From NCBI GenBank assembly GCA_040905925.1, contig JBBDQO010000012.1:1-58488 (forward strand): 58,488 nt of DNA, given 5' to 3'. The DNA comes from Acidimicrobiia bacterium (GTDB lineage Bacteria > Actinomycetota > Acidimicrobiia > Spongiisociales > ZC4RG35). How positions within the stretch are numbered: the stretch's first letter is position 1; every line of letters starts with the position of its first letter. The position numbers were made by a program, and so were the translations under genes. The notes below the pieces were generated by a model. That model was not told the origin of the DNA. It saw only the letters and a list, made by a program, of their open reading frames with translations, and searched no databases. This document shows, in pieces, positions 28,024 to 34,792 of this stretch.

Positions 28024-28377
28024 TCCGTGGAGGCTACAGATCAGGGGTTGAACGGGGCCCGGTGATCGATGGCATGTCAGCCCGAGAAACGAGAAGGCCC
28101 CGAGGGAGCCTTGGCCGAAGCCTCAACCCTCTCGGGGCTCTCGTTCCGATCGGTGTCGGGCCGGGGACCCAACTCCGCTCGGAAGTCGTCGATGACCGAA
28201 GTCTTCGACGGGCGTTCACTGGAGAGCCTCGATCCGAAGATCGCTGCGATCCGGTGACCGCTCTCCCCGTTTCCAGGGAGGGGCGGATCCGAAAACCCGC
28301 CGGTCGGTAGGCCGCCCGACGATCCCTAGAGATCCCCGTTCGGTCTCCCGACCACCTCAGGGTCTCCCCTGTGGCGT
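28024..28377 (-). promoter_or_regulatory. Candidate structured 5' leader RNA, copy 1 (~350 nt), upstream of the PH/SHOCT-PH/SHOCT-acyl-CoA ligase operon
   Basis: No credible ORF. It shares blocks with 29208-29382. Minus-strand RNA contains UUCG-capped hairpins at 28231-28242, 28194-28203 and 28113-22, plus GGCGG...CCGCC around 28276-28296. Confidence 0.45.
28098..28137 (-). repeat. 40-nt imperfect hairpin repeat, copy 1 (38/40 identical to 29240-29279)
   Basis: Minus strand reads CCCCGAGAGGGUUGAGGCUUCGGCCAAGGCUCCCUCGGGG: a 7-bp outer stem, a 5-bp middle stem with two G.U pairs, and GGC-UUCG-GCC at the tip. Confidence 0.85.
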
Positions 28378-28383
28378 TCGGGA

Positions 28384-28412
28384 AAAGTAGACCACAGCCC
28401 TGCCCACCGCAA
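28384..28412 (-). promoter_or_regulatory. Promoter-like -35/-10 pair (TTGCGG, 17 nt spacer, TACTTT) on the minus strand
   Basis: The hexamers were read directly. Spacing and -10 sequence are identical to the element at 29389-29417. Confidence 0.5.
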
Positions 28413-28429
28413 ACCCAGGGCTGGATTGA

Positions 28430-28458
28430 TTTTCGCGATCTCTACTCGACTTTTCGCG
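28430..28458 (-). promoter_or_regulatory. Two direct CGCGAAAA repeats 21 nt apart, 17 nt upstream of the -35 (candidate regulator binding site)
   Basis: Minus strand reads CGCGAAAAgTCGAGTAGAGAtCGCGAAAA. The same arrangement occurs at 29435-29462. Confidence 0.4.
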
Positions 28459-28463
28459 GGGGT

Positions 28464-29207
28464 TCATATGGCGTTCTTCATCGGGATACCGATGAACAGA
28501 TGAAGCATCGACCCGTCACTCAAATCCCTGGTCCGGAACTCCGCGTCGAAGCCCGCCGTGGATAGCGCCGCCAACCAGTCAGAAGTTGAGAACAGTCCCT
28601 GCCGATGTCGATCATGCACCACCGACACCTGGTCGCCTTCCCTGAGCAGATAGACCATGTCCGTCTCGAATGTCGTGTCACCTGGTTCGGGGTCCCAGAC
28701 CCATTCCAGATAGCGAAGACCCCGGGTGCCCTCGTCGTGACCTCCGTGCTCGGTGCCCGGCTCAAACGTCTCGGTGACGTAGTCGGGAACGAAGAGGGCC
28801 ACCCCCTCAGGGGAGCAGTGCTCGCGGGCAGTCCTCGCCGCTGCGATCACATCTTCGATGTCGCTGAGATAGGAGAGCGCATCGTGGAGGAACACCGCGT
28901 CGAAGGGATCACCGAGACGGACAGTCCGCATGTCTCCATGGATGTGAGCGCACTCCGGGTTCAGAGCCCGGCTCACTGCCAGCATCGGCTCGGAACGATC
29001 GACGAGGGTCATCGAGAAGTGGGCCTTGAGATGGGAGGCGTTGTTTCCACCGCCAGATCCGAGCTCGAGCACCCGCCTAACCTCCGACGCCGCGGACTCG
29101 ACAAAGATCTGCCGATAGACCTCAGCCTCTTCGGCATACTCATCCGGCGGGGAGAGCAGCGGCCACCAGCCGGCAAGGTCACCGTAGAGACGGGGGGTGT
29201 CCTCCAA
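28464..29207 (-). CDS. Class I SAM-dependent methyltransferase (TylM1/DesVI-like fold)
   Basis: VLELGSGGGNNASHL (motif I), then VDRSEPML and FDAVFLHDALSYL. TTG is the only in-frame start at the 5' end. Confidence 0.85.
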   Translation of the reverse strand: MEDTPRLYGDLAGWWPLLSPPDEYAEEAEVYRQIFVESAASEVRRVLELGSGGGNNASHLKAHFSMTLVDRSEPMLAVSRALNPECAHIHGDMRTVRLGDPFDAVFLHDALSYLSDIEDVIAAARTAREHCSPEGVALFVPDYVTETFEPGTEHGGHDEGTRGLRYLEWVWDPEPGDTTFETDMVYLLREGDQVSVVHDRHRQGLFSTSDWLAALSTAGFDAEFRTRDLSDGSMLHLFIGIPMKNAI

Positions 29208-29382
29208 GCCCGCAAAGCTACGCCCCCGGACGCGAGAAACCCCGAGGGAGCTTTGGCCGAAGCCTCAGCCCTCTCGGGGCTCTCGATGCCACCCTGCCAG
29301 GAAAGCGGGCCCCCGGCATGGTGGCGATCCGGAAAAACCGAAGTCTCTCCTTCTCCGACCCGGGGTTCCCCCCGTTTCGGTA
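29208..29382 (-). promoter_or_regulatory. Candidate structured 5' leader RNA, copy 2 (~175 nt), upstream of the methyltransferase
   Basis: Shares the order of blocks with copy 1. GGAGAGAC-UUCG-GUUUUUCC is an 8-bp hairpin (29331-29350). GCCACC...GGUGGC forms an enclosing stem. The terminal hairpin is at 29240-29279. Confidence 0.45.
29240..29279 (-). repeat. 40-nt hairpin repeat, copy 2
   Basis: Minus strand reads CCCCGAGAGGGCUGAGGCUUCGGCCAAAGCUCCCUCGGGG. The two differences from copy 1 turn U.G pairs into C-G and U-A. Confidence 0.85.
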
Positions 29383-29388
29383 GTCGGG

Positions 29389-29417
29389 AAAGTAGGTATT
29401 GCCTTCAGGTGCGTCAA
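29389..29417 (-). promoter_or_regulatory. Promoter-like -35/-10 pair (TTGACG, 17 nt spacer, TACTTT) on the minus strand
   Basis: Read directly. It is followed by CCCGAC, as in copy 1 (CCCGAA). Confidence 0.5.
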
Positions 29418-29434
29418 GCGATAGGGCGGGTTTC

Positions 29435-29462
29435 TTTTCGCGTCCTACAGCTCGATTTCGCG
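29435..29462 (-). promoter_or_regulatory. Direct repeats CGCGAAAT / CGCGAAAA 20 nt apart, 17 nt upstream of the -35
   Basis: Minus strand reads CGCGAAATCGAGcTGTAGGACGCGAAAA. This is the counterpart of 28430-28458. Confidence 0.4.
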
Positions 29463-29514
29463 GTGCCCGGACAGGTCCACGTTCCTGTCACAGGGGGCCC
29501 TTACACTCGCCTCC

Positions 29515-30309
29515 ATGACCGTCGAAGCACCCGATCGACAACTGACGACGCTCTCCCCGAGCCGGGCGGGTGACTTCAAGACGTGCCCTCAGCTGTTCAA
29601 GTTTCGTGCGGTCGATCGCCTCCCCGAGCCGACATCGGTCTATCAGGCCAGGGGGACCACGGCCCATCTCGCCCTGCAGCGCCTCTTCGATCATCCGGCC
29701 GTGGACCGCTCGCCCGATCTCCTCTACAACCTGTTCCGGGAGGCGTGGACCGAGTTGAGGGGAGACGAGGAGTTCGAGAGTCTCTTCGAGGACACAGAAG
29801 CCGAGCGGACCTGGGGTCTGCAATCGATGGAGCTCCTCGCCAACTATTTCGGCATCGAAGACCCCACCAGTTTCGACCCGGTCGACCGTGAGCTCGACAT
29901 GCTCGAGGATCTGGACGGGATCGTGATCCGCGGCATCCTCGACAGGATGGATCGTGACGAGGACGGCCGTCTGGTCATCACCGACTACAAGACGGGGTCC
30001 GCTCCCCCGGAGCGATACGCCCTCCCTGCCTTCTTCGCTCTCAAGATCTACGCCCTGCTCATCAGACGCCGAACCGGGGAGACGCCGAAGGAGATCAGGC
30101 TGCTCTATCTGAACGGGCCGACCGAATACCGCCTCGGCATCGACGACCGCCAACTCGATGCCATGGACGGTCAGCTACGCGCCCTGTGGAATGCGATCGA
30201 GAGGGCAATGACTTCGGGGCGGTTTCCGACCAGACCGGGCAGGTTGTGCGACTGGTGCTCGTTCAGGGGCATCTGCCCGGCCTTCGTCCCAGACGCCCAC
30301 CGCGATTAA
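29515..30309 (+). CDS. PD-(D/E)XK nuclease, RecB/Cas4-like with a 4Fe-4S cysteine set
   Basis: FKTCPQLF (first Cys), GILDRMDRDEDGRLVITDYKTG (D...D-Y-K), C-terminal CDWCSFRGIC (CxxCx5C). A TACACT hexamer 7 nt upstream of the ATG suggests a leaderless mRNA. Confidence 0.85.
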   Translation: MTVEAPDRQLTTLSPSRAGDFKTCPQLFKFRAVDRLPEPTSVYQARGTTAHLALQRLFDHPAVDRSPDLLYNLFREAWTELRGDEEFESLFEDTEAERTWGLQSMELLANYFGIEDPTSFDPVDRELDMLEDLDGIVIRGILDRMDRDEDGRLVITDYKTGSAPPERYALPAFFALKIYALLIRRRTGETPKEIRLLYLNGPTEYRLGIDDRQLDAMDGQLRALWNAIERAMTSGRFPTRPGRLCDWCSFRGICPAFVPDAHRD

Positions 30310-31597
30310 GGGAAGATACCTCGGACCAGTTTGGCGTCTGCCACCTTGCGAATCCCCTTGATGAGGGCGGCGGTCCGCAGGTCCACGTTCTCACTCTGGG
30401 CGATGTTGTGTACGTCGCTGAAAGCCCGGGTCATGATCTCCCGGAGACGGGCCACGACTTCGTTCTCCGTCCAGAAGTACTTCTGCACGTCCTGCACCCA
30501 TTCGAAGTAGGAAACGGTGACACCACCGGCATTGGCGAGGATGTCGGGAACCATGAGCACCTCGCGGGCACGGAGCAGGTCATCCGCCTCGATGGTGGTC
30601 GGGCCGTTGGCGCCCTCGAGGATGATCTTGGCCTGAATGCTGTCGGCGTTGTCGGCGCGGATCACGTTCTGGACCGCCGCGGGCACCAGCACATCGACCG
30701 GCAGGGAGAAGACAACGTGGCCATCGATGTGGTCGGCGTCGGGGTATCCCTCGAGAAAGCGGCTCTCGTCGACCCATTTCGCCAGCGCCTCGATATCGAG
30801 CCCATCGGGGTTGTAGACGCCTCCCGAGATGTCGGACACCGCCACGACTCTGGCGCCCATTTGGTGACCGGCGATCGCGGCGTATCTGCCCACATTGCCA
30901 AACCCATGGATGGCGACCGTGGCGTCCTTGGGGTCGAGGCCCCGAATCGCCGCCGCCTGTGGCAGCAGGAACATGATGCCCCGACCGGTGGCCTCCCTCC
31001 GGGCAATACTCCCACCAGGGCGGGAGGCTTGCCGGTGACGACGGCCGGCACGGAGTGACCGACATGCTGGGAGTAGGTGTCCATCATCCATGCCATCACC
31101 TGCTCGTTGGTCCCGAGATCGGGGGCGGGGATGTCGGTATCCGGGCCGATCACATTGATGATCTCCATCGTGAACCGTCGGGTCACCCTTTGCAGCTCGG
31201 CCCGGGAGACCTGCAACGGGTCGAGACGCACCCCGCCCTTGGCCCCACCGAACGGCAGCCCCACGATCGAGCACTTCCACGTCATCAGCATGGCTAGGGC
31301 GGCGATCTCGCCGAGGTCGACATCCGGCGCGAACCGGATCCCGCCCTTGGTCGGCCCCATAGTGGTCAGATGCTGCACCCGATAGCCGAACAGTGTCTCG
31401 ACTTCGGAGTAGTTGTCGTGGCGGAAGGGAAAGCTGACGACAGTGGCCTTCTGGGGAACCCGGAGCCGGTCTGTCACGTTGTCGTCGAGGCCCATCAGAC
31501 GGGCCACCCGGTCGAATTGGCCGACGGCCTCGTGATACATGGGAGAGTCGAATTCGTGGCCGATCGGCTTGAGCACCGGTGTGACGGCGTTGGCCAT
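30306..31597 (-). pseudogene. gdhA: Glutamate dehydrogenase (Glu/Leu/Phe/Val dehydrogenase family) interrupted by a 1-nt frameshift near 31017
   Basis: The N-terminal part (31597 down to ~31018) carries KGGIRF, GLPFGGAKGG and ends ...VTGKPPAL. The C-terminal part, in another frame, starts GGSIARREATGRG..GFGNVG... Inserting one base in the run at 31016-31017 restores ALGGSIARREATGRG. Confidence 0.75.
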
Positions 31598-31668
31598 ACG
31601 CCGCTCATCCTATGCCGAACTTCGCCCGATTCGATTTTCTGTCACAGGCCGCCCGTAGCGTTGTGCTC

Positions 31669-31812
31669 ATGAGAAAGTCGACGAACGAAGACCCAAACGG
31701 GTTGAACCACGAATTCGACCCCTACTCGGACCCGGTTCTCTTTCTGCGGGGTCTTGGCATCGAGGCCGAACTGGTAGAGACTCGAGGCGCCGATCTCCCC
31801 TCTGCTGCCTGA
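31669..31812 (+). CDS. Possible small protein (47 aa), unknown function
   Basis: MRKSTNEDPNGLNHEFDPYSDPVLFLRGLGIEAELVETRGADLPSAA, in a slightly AT-richer intergenic region between gdh and adnA. No motif and no clear SD. Confidence 0.25.
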   Translation: MRKSTNEDPNGLNHEFDPYSDPVLFLRGLGIEAELVETRGADLPSAA

Positions 31813-31828
31813 TATCTACGATCGCGAG

Positions 31829-34792
31829 GTGACAGTTCGGGAGATCCGGGTCGATCCCGGAGCCTGGGATCCGGTGGTGTCGGATCCCGATGGCGCCCAG
31901 CTGATCGTCGCCGGCCCCGGAACCGGCAAAACCGAGTTTCTGGTCCAGCGGGTAGCGCACATCGTCAACAGCGGTCGTGCCCGCCGTGATCAGATCTCCC
32001 TCCTCACATTCTCGCGACGCGCCGCCAGCGACATGAGACGACGGGTGGGGATCGCCCTCGGTGGGTCGGGGGTGCCCGTCGATGCCTCCACCTTCCATTC
32101 CTTGGCGCTCAGATTCCTCGAAGCCGCCAACGAAGGCGAGCGCCCGGTCCCCCTGACCCCGCCGGAGCAGGTGGCGCTGGTAGGAGAGCTCCTGGCGAAA
32201 GAGGACCCGACTCACTGGCCTCTGACCTATCGCGGGATCCTCAACACCCGAGCCTTCGCATCCGAGATCGCCGACTTCCTCACTCGGTGCTCGGAGCGGC
32301 TCCTCTCCCCCGCCGATCTGGAACAACGCGCCGAGGAGCGCGCCGACTGGCGAGGGATCCCCGGTCTGTTCCGTCGCTATCGGGAAACCCTCGAGAAGCT
32401 GGAAAGGACCGATTACGGCACGCTGCTGGTCTCGGCGGTCGAGCTACTGGCCACAGCCCGGGGTCAGGACCTGGCCGCAGGGTTTCGCTATGTGATAGTG
32501 GACGAATACCAGGACACGTCATCGGCCCAGGCAGAGCTGGCGGGGTTGCTTTCCAGGAGTCACGGCAACCTCACAGTTGCCGGGGACCCCTATCAATCGA
32601 TTTACTCGTTTCGCGGGGCGGAGCTGAGGAACATCGCGCAGTTCGCCAACCGATACCAGGACGTGACGCGCATCGTGCTCGATCAGAGCCTTCGAGTGCC
32701 GGCCGAGATCCTCGAAGCCGCGGTGCGAGTGGTGTCGTCGGGTGAATTGCCCGGATCGGCGGGGCCGGTGCGGCCGGCGGAGCATCGGGGCCGGGTCGAG
32801 GCCTATGTCTTCGACCAGGAGACCGCAGAGGCCGATTGGATCGCCCGCGAAGTCGAGCACGTGATCCGCGTCGAGGGTACGAGGCCCTCGGCGGTGGCGG
32901 TGTTGGTCCGTTCCAAACGTGAGCTCATCAATGAGCTGAGCCGAGCCCTCGACCGAAGGTCGATACCCCACGACTCCCCGGACTCGCGCCTGGTCGATCA
33001 TCCGGCGGTTCGGGTCTTCGACGATCTCGCCCGGGTCGCGGTCCTGGAGGGGGATTCTCGGGAGGCAACACCAGGGGAGAGAGCCGACGCCGACCGGGCC
33101 ATGCGCCGCATCCTGCTCGGACCGCTGGTATCGCTCGGGTTGGGTCAGGAAAGGGCGCTGCTGCGCCAACGGCGGAGATCCGATGCCTCATGGGCCGAAG
33201 TGGTCGCCACCGAACTGCCCGGTCGAACCGACCTCGCCGAGCTGCTCGCCGACCCGACGTGGGCGGGGGCCAAACCTGCCACCGATGGTTTCTGGCAAGC
33301 GTGGAACCGCATGCTGGGCGTGGAGCGCCTGGTGGCAGATCCGGATCGTCGGCTTTGGCGTCTCGCCATCGCCGCCTTCGCCCAGGTCCTCACTCGCCAG
33401 GCGGAGCGAGACGAGAAAGTCACTCTCTCCCGCTTCTTCGAGATGACGCAGGACGAGGGCTTCGAGTCTGAGCCCCTGCTGGTCTTCAGGCCCCAGGAGG
33501 ATCGGGTCACACTGACCACGCTCCACCAGTCGAAGGGGCTCGAGTACGACGTCGTCTTCATAGCCAATGCTGTCGAAGGCGTGTTCCCCGACCTGAGACG
33601 GAGTCGCCGCATGCTGCGGCCAGAGTTGTTGTCACCGGAGCGGACTACCGATGCCTCAGCTCAGCATCTGTTCCAGGTGCAGGAGGAGATGCGCCTCGCC
33701 TACACCGCCATGACCCGCGCCAGGTTCCGCGTGGTGTGGACAGCCACCGGCGCCGGGGTCGACCAAGGCGAGCATCGCCCTTCGCGGTTTCTGGTTGCCG
33801 CATCCGGTGTCGACTCCATCTCCGATCTCGGGCGCCCCGCTGACGACGACCGGGATCCGGTGACCTTGATCGAGGCCGAAGTGAGTATGCGCCGAACCTT
33901 GTTCGACCCGGAGCAGAAGCCGGCCCACCGCCTGGCTGCCGCCCGGGTCCTCGGCTCACCACCTGAGAGCTGGTGGGAGGCATCGGCATTCGCCGGAGTC
34001 AGAGAGCCCGGGCCAGATCAGCCGATCATCGGAGGCGAGCTTCGGCTATCCCCCAGCCAGGCTGACGCCTACGCCACATGTCCCCGCCGCTACGCCCTGG
34101 AACGGAGGCTTCGACTGGGCGACGCCGGATCGCCGTACGCCCGATTCGGCACGCTGGTCCATTCGGCCATGGAGAGGGCCGAAGCCGAGGTCGTGGGCAC
34201 CGGAGAGACCCATGCCGACCTGGAGGACGCGCTGGGCCATCTCCGCCGGGTGTGGGATGAGGACGCCGACTTCGGCACCCCCGAGTTGAATGCGGCGTGG
34301 TTGAGACAGGCGGAGACGGCGCTCACCAAGCTCTACACGCGCTGGCCGAGCCCCGGAGGCGAGCCCGTCGGACTGGAGATGAGGGTCGAATCGGTGATCG
34401 CCGGCACCCCATGGATTGGCTTGGTCGACCGCCTCGAGCGGACACCACACGGCCTGAAGGTCGTCGACTACAAGACATCGAAGAGCGCCACCTCGATCGA
34501 GGACGCCAAGAGCTCGATCCAGCTCGCCTTCTATGCCTCCGCCATCGCCCAGTCCTTCGGAGAGCCGATGATCGGCGCCGAGATGTGGTTCCCGAGAGTC
34601 GAGTCCGTGAAGGTCACCACCCGCCTCCTCGACCTCGATCGGTTGACGGAAATCGAAGAGACGATGATCGAGGTCACGAACGCCATCCGCTCGGAGCAAT
34701 GGCAGCCTCGAGTCGGCGACGGCTGCAAGAACTGCGTCTTCAAGAAGTCGTGCCCGGCGTGGCCAGAAGGCCAGGGAGCGTTCCTGCCATGA
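31829..34792 (+). CDS. adnA: Helicase-nuclease subunit AdnA-like (UvrD-type motor plus C-terminal RecB-type nuclease)
   Basis: GPGTGKTEF Walker A, VIVDEYQDT, C-terminal GLVDRLERTPHGLKVVDYKTSK nuclease motif, Cys set C...CKNCVFKKSC. ATGA overlap with the next gene. Confidence 0.75.
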   Translation: MTVREIRVDPGAWDPVVSDPDGAQLIVAGPGTGKTEFLVQRVAHIVNSGRARRDQISLLTFSRRAASDMRRRVGIALGGSGVPVDASTFHSLALRFLEAANEGERPVPLTPPEQVALVGELLAKEDPTHWPLTYRGILNTRAFASEIADFLTRCSERLLSPADLEQRAEERADWRGIPGLFRRYRETLEKLERTDYGTLLVSAVELLATARGQDLAAGFRYVIVDEYQDTSSAQAELAGLLSRSHGNLTVAGDPYQSIYSFRGAELRNIAQFANRYQDVTRIVLDQSLRVPAEILEAAVRVVSSGELPGSAGPVRPAEHRGRVEAYVFDQETAEADWIAREVEHVIRVEGTRPSAVAVLVRSKRELINELSRALDRRSIPHDSPDSRLVDHPAVRVFDDLARVAVLEGDSREATPGERADADRAMRRILLGPLVSLGLGQERALLRQRRRSDASWAEVVATELPGRTDLAELLADPTWAGAKPATDGFWQAWNRMLGVERLVADPDRRLWRLAIAAFAQVLTRQAERDEKVTLSRFFEMTQDEGFESEPLLVFRPQEDRVTLTTLHQSKGLEYDVVFIANAVEGVFPDLRRSRRMLRPELLSPERTTDASAQHLFQVQEEMRLAYTAMTRARFRVVWTATGAGVDQGEHRPSRFLVAASGVDSISDLGRPADDDRDPVTLIEAEVSMRRTLFDPEQKPAHRLAAARVLGSPPESWWEASAFAGVREPGPDQPIIGGELRLSPSQADAYATCPRRYALERRLRLGDAGSPYARFGTLVHSAMERAEAEVVGTGETHADLEDALGHLRRVWDEDADFGTPELNAAWLRQAETALTKLYTRWPSPGGEPVGLEMRVESVIAGTPWIGLVDRLERTPHGLKVVDYKTSKSATSIEDAKSSIQLAFYASAIAQSFGEPMIGAEMWFPRVESVKVTTRLLDLDRLTEIEETMIEVTNAIRSEQWQPRVGDGCKNCVFKKSCPAWPEGQGAFLP

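Noticed and set aside
28098-28160. The conserved hairpin read as a classical intrinsic terminator or attenuator
   Set aside because: On the minus strand it is followed by CCUUCUCGUUUCUC (copy 1) or UUUCUCGCG (copy 2), which is only a weak, interrupted U-tract. On the plus strand there is none. A termination function cannot be asserted from the sequence, so it is reported only as a structured repeat.
28062-28310. Plus-strand ORFs across the repeated element that encode a shared peptide, PEGALAEAS(T/A)LSGLS, in both copies
   Set aside because: The shared peptide only reflects the 40-nt nucleotide repeat. Outside it the two frames diverge completely and are Arg/Pro/Gly-rich with no SD or consistent start. 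In copy 2 the frame is merely an antisense read-through of the methyltransferase gene. The substitution pattern fits RNA pairing better than coding constraint.
30990-31040. The gdh frame change read as programmed ribosomal frameshifting
   Set aside because: There is no slippery heptamer or downstream stimulatory structure at the junction, and GDH is not known to use recoding. Mutation or sequencing error is the simpler explanation.
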